DNA from: Candidatus Eiseniibacteriota bacterium
GTDB taxonomy: Bacteria > Eisenbacteria > RBG-16-71-46 > CAIMUX01 > VGJL01
Reading direction: 5' to 3'
Length of the DNA stretch: 64,000 nucleotides
Assembly: GCA_963792585.1 (NCBI GenBank)
Contig: CAWBWI010000003.1
Span: 352,001-416,000 of the forward strand
A program made the translations under genes and the position numbers. Below, one piece after another: positions 46,401-54,182 of this stretch (the first letter of the stretch is position 1; every line of letters begins with the position of its first letter). The notes beneath the pieces are model-generated. The model made no database searches. It was given only the letters and a program-made list of their open reading frames with translations, and had not been told where the DNA came from.

Positions 46401-46811
46401 CACACGAACGCTGACGCCTATGTCGCCTACATGGATCTCCTGATGGCGACGCGTTTCTCCGAGGAGCCCGAGAAGATCCAGAAGTACGAGGAGTTCGTCG
46501 CGCGCTATCCGAACTACCCGGTCGCGACGAAGGCGCTCGCGCAGACATTGAATGCGGCGGCATGGAGGATGGTGACCGCGCCGGACGGCTCGGCCGACCG
46601 GGACCTCCCCAAAGGGCTTCAGCTTGCGAAGCGATCTGTGGAGTTGATCCCCGATCCGGACGCAGTCGACACGCTTGCGGAGGCGTTCCTCGCGAACGGC
46701 CAGCCGGACAAGGCGGCAGACGTTTGCCGGGCCGCACTCAGCAGGAACCCGCAGCACGCGGGACTGCGAGAGAAACTCGAGAGGGCGGAGAAGGCTGCAG
46801 GAGGGCGGTAG
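43458..46811 (+). CDS. Large secreted protein with DxxGxDxY repeats, HEAT repeats and a C-terminal TPR
   Basis: Signal peptide, repeated IDxGGNDxY units, VRVAA-type HEAT repeats, DTLAEAF TPR. Confidence 0.82.
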   Translation: MSGSRVGICVFGVLFFMLTSSVGAGVVAPYPPSEFFNADPVPLPMRPPGNPLDYAAARIGLDIRGVELPRAYEGGYRLACRFPIIDAVSNRPLYMKEWAEGTTSSIDREHRENKLLAVRRALALLRGLEGSAALVGDAGGHRHSPPGDANVALKAALAPSGITPAYSAAVIDLYTSYLTAAALAASGVSALNVEDRTFFAANPGYFLAPDGERMPDLTGNVDTHFRFVEKARRVRFEEIFAAADTLAVAAQAYVDRTAGWKSSDFLIDPARPFAGVRFGDLTITGVGVDTHAGTALLSIDLGGDDLYPQGAGACPMEGGHVALCIDHGGNDRYDAGNGRYVQGFGFLGAGYLIDLAGSDVYHSGPFSQAAGILGVGTIWDAAGDDSYSGGAFVQGAGMFGLGILLDSAGEDRYECATVGQGGATTLGLGILSDLEGDDRYELGLGRAGDSMGQGPGFGQGGALSFRHLPWTKKLTAYGGVGVLTDAGGNDRYRSGGWCDQGGSYIMSLGVLNDGDGNDHYTSLTGLGSGIHITNAILIDRKGNDIYEGAFRSGGSGGDRSPGFLIDYEGNDVYESKSSCFGTGCKPFCVSLFIDYGGNDTYVSPEPKGPILFNLWDSVGGVWPESEPYLWPYALCLDLGGKDDYRIRNRANDAERHSFGHGLQLDTEWAGGDVIGPIASPLSAYRPQPIPPEVEASRWANEIRALQNPDLFARFQAVGRIVVADSSIIPPLIRTLIASDHRPYNRDLTECLHYFLADGKITDASGPLLAALLHARDPEVRTIFAMDIGNWKLPDCEDALIKAARMDPSSAVRVAAVAALQELASTNAIAPVRALTGRDPSDEVRRVSARFLGRVDGAASLDLLQETLRDDPSPPVRVAAAEALTRLRDPRALDALRAAARSKDVYLQRAAAKGMASLYDVDGIGVLIESLTFPSIDAFVNYGVNVPNAVSAFAGVDMPEDQRYDQQKWRDWFRANREKIDIHTNADAYVAYMDLLMATRFSEEPEKIQKYEEFVARYPNYPVATKALAQTLNAAAWRMVTAPDGSADRDLPKGLQLAKRSVELIPDPDAVDTLAEAFLANGQPDKAADVCRAALSRNPQHAGLREKLERAEKAAGGR

Positions 46812-46818
46812 TCCGGGC

Positions 46819-46851
46819 GAGCGCATTCCGACTCAGCGCCGGAATGCGCTC
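46819..46851. terminator. Perfect 12-bp inverted repeat between convergent genes
   Basis: GAGCGCATTCCG-N9-CGGAATGCGCTC lies between the stops at 46811 (+) and 46863 (-). No U-tract follows. Confidence 0.6.
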
Positions 46852-46862
46852 CCTCGACGATT

Positions 46863-49220
46863 CTACCGGATCCGCACGAACCGGCCCTCGAAGCGATCAG
46901 AGCCGTCCGAGGCCTCGTAGAAGTAGGTCCCGTTCGCGGCCTCGCCGTCATCGCCCCGGCCGTCCCAGGTCCAACTTGCAATGCCCGCGCCGCCGTCGAT
47001 CCGCGTCGAGAGGATCGTCCGTCCGGCCGCGTCCACGATCCGGATCGAGATCGGACCGCGCAGCGGCCGCTCGAAGGAGATCGTGCAGCTCGTGTGGAAC
47101 GGGTTCGGCGCGCTTCGAGGCGCGAACCCGGGGGTGGAATCTTCCACCCCGGCCGACTCGAGCGAGTAGCGGCGGACTCCCTTCCCGCGCGGACTGCAGA
47201 AGAGATCCGTCGTTGACGAGCCATAGCAGATGTCCCAGATCACCTGGTTCTCGATTCCGGTGTTCATCGCGGCCCAGTTGGTCCCGTCGTCGGTCGACAG
47301 AAAGACGCCGAGGCGGTTGCGTCCCGCGTAGACGTTCGTGGTCCGCGTCCCGAGCAACGACCAGACGACGCTCGTGAGCCCCGAAGCGGTCCAGGTGGCG
47401 CCGTAGTCGGTCGACTTGTACGCGCCGATGTCCGTCCCGCAGAACGCGATCGCGGGATTCGCATCGCGGATCGTGAGCGACGGTTGGTATGCAGTCGTGC
47501 TGAGGCCGGTTGCCGGCGTGAAGTGATCCCCCAGATCGTCGGAGTAGTAGATCTGGTTCGTGATCTGCTCGTAGTTCACGAACAGGCGCGGGCCGTTCAA
47601 CGGATTGCGCCCCATGTTGAAGTCGGGATAGAAACCCGACGTGATCCCCGCGCCGACCTGATTCCAGCTCGTCCCGCCGTCTTCGGATCGCCAGATCTGC
47701 TGGTTGACCGCGCCGCCCGTCCAGACGCGATCGGGATTGGCCGGATCGATCAAGATCCCGCGCATGAACTGCCCCGAGAAGCCCACGAGCTGCCAGCTCT
47801 CACCGTGATCGATCGAGCGGTAGACTCCGGTCGAGGTCGTCATGAACATGCGATCGCCCTGACCGTGTTCGTGGTCCTTCGGGGTGAGCCGGTAGGTGGA
47901 CCATTCGGTCATCCCCGCCGCCTTCATCTCCCACGTCTGCCCCAGGTCCGTGCTGCGCCAGACGCCGCTCTGGTCCGTACCGGCCCACAACTCGCCGCGG
48001 TCGGCGTAGTAGGCGATCGTCCGGACGTAGGCGTTGTTCAGGCCGAGCTGCGAGACGACCCATGCCGCCCCCGGAGTCGTCGAGCGGTAGATGCCACCGT
48101 AGTGGCCGGCGAGGACGCCGGCGGAAGTCGCGCCCGATGCGTAGAAGAAGGCCGCCACGAGTCCGGCGTTGACGTTCGTCCAGGTATCGCCCCCATCGGA
48201 GCTTTCGAAGACCCCCTGGGCAACGAGCGGCGCATAGAAGACGCCGTCCTTTTCGCTCACGTTTGCGTAGCAGGTGCCGGAGAGGACGAGCGTCCAGTGC
48301 GCGCCCCCGTCCGTCGTGCGATAGATGCCCGCGCCCGTCGAGAGGAGGACACGGTCGCCGTTGGCAGGGTCGACCCAGATTCCCCATCCGTCCGTGCCGG
48401 CGGGACCTACCGCGACCCAGGTCGCGCCCGCGTCCTCGCTGCGCCAGCACGGGTTGGTCGATGAGCTCATCGCCATGAACATCCGATTCGGCATGGCAGG
48501 ACTCGCCGCGTAACCTTTCATGAAGGTCGTGCTGATGCCGACCGTGTTCCATGTCACGCCACGGTCGGTCGAGCGGCGCACGCCCTGACTGCTGGCGAGC
48601 CCGGCGATCAGAATGTTGCCGTCGTCCGGCTTGACGCCCACGCCGATGATCTGCGCGGTGAAGGCGATCCGCGTCCAGTGCGCACCCGAGTCGATGGAGC
48701 GGTAGAGCCCGTCGTAGGCTGCCGCATAGAAGACGCCCGCTTCCGAGAGAGAGGCGGCCGCCATGTTCGTGGGAAAGCCCTGCAGGTCGGTGTCGATCCA
48801 GCTAGTTCCGCCGTCGGTGCTGAGCCAGATGCCGCCCGACTCACGCGCAGCGCTCAGCCCGCAAGCGACGAGCACGCGCGAGGCATCTGTGGGGTCGGTA
48901 GCGAACGACTTGACGTTCCCACCCCATGGACCGCGACCGTCCCAGACGAGGTAGCCGCGAGCGGAATCGCCCCCTTCCCGGGCGCCGCCCGTCTGCTCGT
49001 CGAGGGAACCGTCGAACGCGGCATAGCCCGGCGCCGTGAGCGCCTGCGCCGGCATCGGCGTGTCGTCGCACGCGATCCGTACGGCGTCAGCAGCAATGCC
49101 GCTCCCCGTCCATCCGAACAGCGTGAAGAGCGCGAGCGGGCCGGCGCACGCCCAGATGACACTGGGGTTGTGGGCGGTCCGCGATGCGCGGGTGATGATG
49201 TTTGGCCGAATCCGATGCAT
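46863..49220 (-). CDS. Secreted BNR/Asp-box beta-propeller protein with FlgD-Ig C-terminal domain
   Basis: Many SxDxGxTW repeats; C-terminal PNPF...IVDAAGR...WDGRGDDG...GTYF. Confidence 0.85.
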   Translation of the reverse strand: MHRIRPNIITRASRTAHNPSVIWACAGPLALFTLFGWTGSGIAADAVRIACDDTPMPAQALTAPGYAAFDGSLDEQTGGAREGGDSARGYLVWDGRGPWGGNVKSFATDPTDASRVLVACGLSAARESGGIWLSTDGGTSWIDTDLQGFPTNMAAASLSEAGVFYAAAYDGLYRSIDSGAHWTRIAFTAQIIGVGVKPDDGNILIAGLASSQGVRRSTDRGVTWNTVGISTTFMKGYAASPAMPNRMFMAMSSSTNPCWRSEDAGATWVAVGPAGTDGWGIWVDPANGDRVLLSTGAGIYRTTDGGAHWTLVLSGTCYANVSEKDGVFYAPLVAQGVFESSDGGDTWTNVNAGLVAAFFYASGATSAGVLAGHYGGIYRSTTPGAAWVVSQLGLNNAYVRTIAYYADRGELWAGTDQSGVWRSTDLGQTWEMKAAGMTEWSTYRLTPKDHEHGQGDRMFMTTSTGVYRSIDHGESWQLVGFSGQFMRGILIDPANPDRVWTGGAVNQQIWRSEDGGTSWNQVGAGITSGFYPDFNMGRNPLNGPRLFVNYEQITNQIYYSDDLGDHFTPATGLSTTAYQPSLTIRDANPAIAFCGTDIGAYKSTDYGATWTASGLTSVVWSLLGTRTTNVYAGRNRLGVFLSTDDGTNWAAMNTGIENQVIWDICYGSSTTDLFCSPRGKGVRRYSLESAGVEDSTPGFAPRSAPNPFHTSCTISFERPLRGPISIRIVDAAGRTILSTRIDGGAGIASWTWDGRGDDGEAANGTYFYEASDGSDRFEGRFVRIR

Positions 49221-49392
49221 CCTGTGCTCCTTTCCTCCGAGATGAGGGATGTCGCACGACATCTTCCTCTTTATGGGGACGGGAGTCGAATAAGGGGCTA
49301 TCGCCGGTTCAAGAAGGTGGAATTGGCGGGAATCGCGACTACAATCGGCCACGGCAAGCAGAGGCGGACGACTGCGATCGAAGGAGCCCGAG

Positions 49393-49809
49393 ATGTCGAA
49401 TCAGGACATGCAAGCGCGGTTGAAGGAGGTGGGGGACGGCGCCCTCGCCGAGAAGATGGGGATCCGGATCGTCGAAGCGAGCGCGGCGCGGGTTGTGGCG
49501 ACGATGCCGGTGGCAGGCAACACGCAGCCGTTCGGCCTGTTGCATGGCGGCGCGTCGGTCACTCTCGCGGAGCAGGCGGGATCGATTGCCGCGAACCTGG
49601 CCGCCGGCTCGGACCGCATCGCCGTCGGGATCGAGGTTTCCGCCTCCCACCTCAAATCGGTGAAGTCCGGCGTCGTGACCGCAGTGGCGACCCCGGTATC
49701 GATCGGCAGGACGCTTGCCACGTATCTGATCGAGATCACGAACGAGGAGGGGAAACGCACATGCATCGCGCGGCTGACGTGCCTCCTACGGGATCGATCG
49801 ACCGCATGA
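49393..49809 (+). CDS. Hotdog-fold thioesterase (PaaI/MenI-like)
   Basis: QPFGLLHGGAS..LAE and VGIEVSASHL. Confidence 0.9.
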   Translation: MSNQDMQARLKEVGDGALAEKMGIRIVEASAARVVATMPVAGNTQPFGLLHGGASVTLAEQAGSIAANLAAGSDRIAVGIEVSASHLKSVKSGVVTAVATPVSIGRTLATYLIEITNEEGKRTCIARLTCLLRDRSTA

Positions 49810-49944
49810 GGATCGAGCGTCCGCGACAGCGGCCGGCCACGCCGACCGGGACCCCATACGGGCGCCCGGTGGCGCCCGATTCGCGTGCGTCCGGAAACGA
49901 AGGCGGCGCCTCCATCGGAGGCGGGGCGAGGCGCCGCGCGATCG

Positions 49945-51702
49945 TCAGGGGGCGATGACGATCTTCGAGAAGCCGTCGTTGCCGTGGATCCAGTAGATTC
50001 CCGCGGCAACAGGCCTACCTCGCGCGTCCCTCCCGTCCCACCCATTTCCCGCAAGTGTGCGAATGATCCGCCCCGCGGAATCCAGGATCATCACGGGGCC
50101 AAGTCCGCCGAAGTGAATCGGCTCGCCCGCGACTGCGGGGTTGGGCCATGCGGTCACGCGCGGGATTCGGTCCTCCGCCATGCCATCACCAACCGACGCG
50201 GGATCGAGATGACCGAACCACCCGGTGTGATCGATGCCGAGGTGGTAATACGGCCACGGTGTGAGGGCAGCGTTGAATGTTCCCGGTGCGTCCCAGGCGT
50301 ACACCTGCTGCGAATAGCTCAAGACGATCTCGACGTTCCCGTCCGCGTCGATATCGGCGAGCGCGGGATTCGGGGGCGCCGCGGTTCCCATGTCCGCCGG
50401 CCAGCCCGGCATCAGGGTTCCGTCCGCCTGCAGGACGTAGGTCTTGCTGATCGCGCCGCTGGGACAGCCGAAAGGCGTGAAGCCCGAGCCCGATCCGACG
50501 ACGATGTCGACCCGACCGTCGCCGTTCACGTCACCTAGCACCGGCGAGGAGCCGTCAACCACCGCATTGGTGACGAAAGGCCAACCCGGCATGACGGTTC
50601 CATTCCGACGCCAGGCGTAGACGGTTCCACATTGACCGCAGCTTCCGGCAACGATATCGAGCGCGCCATCCCCATCGATGTCGCCGATGGCCGGAGAGGA
50701 TGAGATATGGGATCCGCTCGCCGGAGCACGGGGGATTGTATAAGGCCATCCCGCCATGTTGCTGCCGTCATAGCGCCAGACATAGATCTTCGCGTCCGTC
50801 TCATAGGTTCCGGTGATGATTTCCAGCGCGCCGTCTCCGTCGAGGTCGGCGAGGGCCGGAGAGGCGATCACCGAGGTGTGCGTCGCGGTGAGCTTCGGCC
50901 AACCCGGGAGCTGAGCGCCGCTATGATCGAACGCATAGACGCCGCCGGTGCTCGTCGCGCCGTAGTCGTACCACGAGCCGATAAAGACCTCGAGGTCGCC
51001 GTCTCCGTCGACGTCGCCTACGGCGGGGGAGCAGCGCTCGACAAAATTGCCGGCCTGCACGGGCCATCCCGAAACCACCGTTCCGTCCGCGTGCCATGCC
51101 TGGACGGTCCCGTCCTGGACCCCGACGATGATCTCGAGTCCCGCGTACGTCGGATCGAGATCGATCAAGGCAGCGGTGGATCGAACATTCGCGCCAACCG
51201 CGATCGGCCAGCCCGGGAGGGGCGTCCCGTTCGCGTGGAGCGCCCAGACCTGGTTGCCGCCGAAGTCACCGACCACGATCTCCGGAAGACCGTCGCCGTT
51301 GATGTCGGCGATCGATGGGGATGCGGCAATGAAGAAGCCCAGGTCGACCGGATATCCGCTCATCAGCGTCCCGTCTTGATGGAACACATAGAGATTGGCC
51401 GCGGACGTCAGGGTCCCGACGGCGATCTCGAGACCCGGATAGGTGGGGTCGAGATCCGCGCAGACGGGCGGGGAGCCTCCACCCTGAACGTTGACGGGCC
51501 AGCCCGGGTGGATCGGATACACAGGGAGAGCGGGCGGAATCGCCGAATTCACGGTCGGCCCGAAATCGGAACCGAGCATCTCGCGAGTCGTTCCCGCGGG
51601 AAGTGAAGACCGGGTCTGGAGCGTAGCGGCTGCGTTTGGCGCCGCGAAGGTCGTTGCGACCGTGGCTGCGATCGCGGTCAACACGAGCAATCGTCGAATC
51701 AT
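49945..51702 (-). CDS. Secreted FG-GAP repeat protein with short FlgD-like C-terminal domain
   Basis: Signal peptide, repeated SPAxGDxDGDGxxEI and PGWP units, C-terminal WPNP...DSAGR..WDGRD...GIY. Confidence 0.87.
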   Translation of the reverse strand: MIRRLLVLTAIAATVATTFAAPNAAATLQTRSSLPAGTTREMLGSDFGPTVNSAIPPALPVYPIHPGWPVNVQGGGSPPVCADLDPTYPGLEIAVGTLTSAANLYVFHQDGTLMSGYPVDLGFFIAASPSIADINGDGLPEIVVGDFGGNQVWALHANGTPLPGWPIAVGANVRSTAALIDLDPTYAGLEIIVGVQDGTVQAWHADGTVVSGWPVQAGNFVERCSPAVGDVDGDGDLEVFIGSWYDYGATSTGGVYAFDHSGAQLPGWPKLTATHTSVIASPALADLDGDGALEIITGTYETDAKIYVWRYDGSNMAGWPYTIPRAPASGSHISSSPAIGDIDGDGALDIVAGSCGQCGTVYAWRRNGTVMPGWPFVTNAVVDGSSPVLGDVNGDGRVDIVVGSGSGFTPFGCPSGAISKTYVLQADGTLMPGWPADMGTAAPPNPALADIDADGNVEIVLSYSQQVYAWDAPGTFNAALTPWPYYHLGIDHTGWFGHLDPASVGDGMAEDRIPRVTAWPNPAVAGEPIHFGGLGPVMILDSAGRIIRTLAGNGWDGRDARGRPVAAGIYWIHGNDGFSKIVIAP

Positions 51703-51880
51703 CGATGCCTCCCTGCGCCCGAAGCGAAGCAGCGCAGGGAGATGATACCACCACAAAACGGGAGGACGGTAGTTCCGGCATCCCGCAGCGGTGTAAGGAG
51801 GATGAATATGCTGCATTCATGGGTCGTTTTCCCCATGCAACCTAACAGCGGATTGCCGGCCATGGGCGAGGACTCACCCC

Positions 51881-51909
51881 TTGACGGCCCCCCGGGATTT
51901 CTCCAGAAT
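51881..51909 (+). promoter_or_regulatory. Sigma70-type promoter for the tRNA/enzyme operon
   Basis: TTGACG (51881-51886), 17-nt spacer, CAGAAT (51904-51909), about 90 nt upstream of the tRNA 5' end. Confidence 0.6.
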
Positions 51910-52001
51910 TGAATGGCGGGATTGAGACGTCTCTCGTGCGTCGTGGGAGTCAAGGAACCGCGACCCGCTTCGATCCCCCGATTCAGGTGCGTGATTTTTG
52001 T

Positions 52002-52307
52002 GCGTCCGTAGCTCAATCGGAAAGAGAAGTCCCACATACGACGGCCCGAGCACGGTGACGCGGACTGAGAAGCGAGGATATGTCGGTAATGCCTTCTGAC
52101 GTCCGGGTCTGGGGGCAGGAGGAGAGCCGGAACCTCTCTTCCCGACGGATCCCCGGTATTCCCTTTCCTGCTTCGCCTGCCTTCAGTATCGGCGCCACCT
52201 TTCTGAAGGCACGCATGTCACGTGTGAATGCCTCTCGTCGTGGGAAGCTCAAGAGCACCGGCCTTATAATCCGGAGACTGCGGGTTCGAGCCCCGTCGGA
52301 CGCACCA
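52002..52307 (+). tRNA. tRNA gene with anticodon UAU (reads AUA), split by a 229-nt insertion in the D-arm
   Basis: Joining 52002-52026 to 52256-52307 gives a 77-nt cloverleaf: acceptor GCGTCCG/CGGACGC, D-arm GCTC-AATCGGAAA-GAGC, anticodon arm CCGGC-CTTATAA-TCCGG (TAT at 52265-52267), 5-nt variable loop, T-arm GCGGG-TTCGAGC-CCCGT, A73, encoded CCA. Confidence 0.85.
52027..52255 (+). ncRNA. Structured intervening sequence inside the tRNA (intron-like, class unknown)
   Basis: AAGAG is repeated at both junctions. The ends pair (TCCCA..CGACG with CGTCGTGGGA). Internal stems include TGCCTTCAG/CTGAAGGCA (52178-52211), GGCAGGA/TCCTGCT and CGGAC/GTCCG. Confidence 0.6.
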
Positions 52308-52357
52308 CCCTACACCGATTCATCCACCCCGAGGTCGCCGATGGAGGAGAGTCTCTC

Positions 52358-53422
52358 GTGAAACGACCGTCCACTCGCCAGGAGACTCTGGAGCGGGACG
52401 GCGCGCGGGAGAGAATCCCCGCGGGCGTGGATCCCTCGACGCGTCTCGTCGATCTGTCGCCCTACTACGGACACCTGGAGTGCTTTCAGGCTCTCCGTCC
52501 ACTCCTGGTGAAGACGAATCGCTTCACGTATGCGCCCAGCTACCCGCCGAACGAGCGGATGCAGAACACGTGGCTTTCGATCGCACTGGAAGGAATCGCG
52601 ACGCTTGCCGCGCATCGCACCGGGGAGGTCTGGGAGGATCTCGCGATCGTCGGCACGGGCAACGGCCTCGACGCCGTGGGGATCTCCCGAATCGTCCAGC
52701 CGAGGTCGATCATCGCCTCCGATATCCACCCGATCGCACTACAAGCGGCACGATGGAACATCGCCAACTATGTTGCGGAGGATTGCCGGGTCGCGGTTGT
52801 ACAAAGCGATCTCTTCGATGGATATCCGCCCGGGGCCGCATTCGACCTCATCTATGAGAATCTCCCGAACATCCCGGACGAGAAGGAGCTATTCGACGGG
52901 GTCCGCAGCGCGAGCTGTTTCGCGCCACGCGCCCAGCGGGTCGCCACGACGTTCGACCGGCATCTCCTGACCCTCCACCACGATTTTCTCATCCAAGCGC
53001 ACACTCGTCTCCGCGACTCCGGTTGGATCGTGGGTGTGATCGGAGGACGGATCCCGGTGCAGACGATTCACGAGCTGTTTGCGGACGCCGGGTATCGGTC
53101 CACGGTCGCCGCCTTCGGCCTCAAGATCCAGAGCGAGGGCGATGTGGTTCTGCCCGCCTATGCCGCAGCAGAGCAAGAGACCGGCGTCTCCTTCGTCTAT
53201 TACCATCCGCTCGAGGCGTGTCTTGCGATCGTGCGTGAGCTGTCGCAGCCGGAGGATCTTGCCGCGCGCGCGGAATACGCGGGACTGCTCACGGAACGAC
53301 TTCGGCCCCTCCAGATTCCGTCGACCGAAGCCGTACGCCTCCACGCAGGAGGAGCGGCCGTTTGCCACACGGTCTATGTCATGGCGGCTCAGCGAATCTG
53401 TGGTGGTCCCGCGAATGGGTGA
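52358..53422 (+). CDS. SAM-dependent methyltransferase, methionine S-methyltransferase (MmtN/MMT)-like
   Basis: IVGTGNGLDA, ASDIHP, FDLIYENLPNIP, IGGRIP, LKIQSE, VCHTVYV. GGAGGAG ribosome-binding site before the GTG. Confidence 0.75.
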   Translation: MKRPSTRQETLERDGARERIPAGVDPSTRLVDLSPYYGHLECFQALRPLLVKTNRFTYAPSYPPNERMQNTWLSIALEGIATLAAHRTGEVWEDLAIVGTGNGLDAVGISRIVQPRSIIASDIHPIALQAARWNIANYVAEDCRVAVVQSDLFDGYPPGAAFDLIYENLPNIPDEKELFDGVRSASCFAPRAQRVATTFDRHLLTLHHDFLIQAHTRLRDSGWIVGVIGGRIPVQTIHELFADAGYRSTVAAFGLKIQSEGDVVLPAYAAAEQETGVSFVYYHPLEACLAIVRELSQPEDLAARAEYAGLLTERLRPLQIPSTEAVRLHAGGAAVCHTVYVMAAQRICGGPANG

Positions 53423-54182
53423 AGCCGACTACTTCAGGGAAGCCTCCGTCATCGATGCGATGACGGCGGAGCATCGGATTCTGTGGCGAACCCTCTTCGT
53501 GGCCTGTGGGCCGCACATCCGACCCGGCATGCGGGTTCTGGATTTCGGTTGCGGCAACGGTGGGATGCTCGCCTATCTCATGCTTGGGGACGGGAAGAAG
53601 TGGCCCGGGTGTCACTGCTCCCTTGGGATGGGGATCGATCGTCCCGAGCTGAACGCTGTGCTGGCGATGGCCGGCGACCGGCTTGGCCGGGAGTTGCCCG
53701 TCGTGTTCACTTCCGCTTCTCCCCGCTCGTTCCCTGGCCAATTCGATCTCGCCCTTTCGCACGAGGTCATCTACCTCCTCTCGGACCTCGCCGAGACGTT
53801 CCAAGGGTTGCGCGCCGCGTTGAGGCCGGGCGGCGTGATCGCCCTGGCGACGGGATGCCACAGCGAGAACCTCCTCTATCCAAGATGGACGGAAGCTCTT
53901 GCGCGGGTGGGGGTGTGTGCCCACCCGTACGGGATCCCGGACTACGTTCGGGCGCTCCGCGATGCCGGCTTCGAGGATGTCGGCAGTGCCAGCATGCGGA
54001 TGGAGGTCGATGACTACGAGGAATGGCTAGAGGTCCGGGGAGACCCTGAGCCGAATCCCGAGTGGTTCTCCACGTCCGAGGAAGAGCGGCGGTATTACAC
54101 GGAGTTCGGCAAGACGCTGATCACCGCTCGCCGGGCGTTGGCCGAGGAGCCGTCGACTGTACCCCCGCGGGAAGGGCCGTGA
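53415..54182 (+). CDS. Class I SAM-dependent methyltransferase (255 aa)
   Basis: VLDFGCGNGG, FDLALSHEVIY, LRPGG. Overlaps both neighbours. Confidence 0.88.
   Translation: MGEADYFREASVIDAMTAEHRILWRTLFVACGPHIRPGMRVLDFGCGNGGMLAYLMLGDGKKWPGCHCSLGMGIDRPELNAVLAMAGDRLGRELPVVFTSASPRSFPGQFDLALSHEVIYLLSDLAETFQGLRAALRPGGVIALATGCHSENLLYPRWTEALARVGVCAHPYGIPDYVRALRDAGFEDVGSASMRMEVDDYEEWLEVRGDPEPNPEWFSTSEEERRYYTEFGKTLITARRALAEEPSTVPPREGP

Noticed and set aside
38114..46826. Long antisense ORFs such as 38114-40150 (+), 41837-43777 (+) and 44496-46826 (-)
   Set aside because: They shadow well-supported genes on the opposite strand and have no motifs, as expected in high-GC DNA.
52021..52255. T-box riboswitch upstream of a synthetase operon
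   Set aside because: No T-box UGGNACC antiterminator bulge or terminator is present, and the flanks form a complete tRNA.
52002..52307. tmRNA
   Set aside because: There is no G3-U70 alanine acceptor stem, a full anticodon arm is present, and I see no tag reading frame.
52000..52313. Group II intron (begins GTGCG)
   Set aside because: The GTGCG is the tRNA acceptor-stem strand pairing with CGCAC at the 3' end. No domain V hairpin or maturase is visible.
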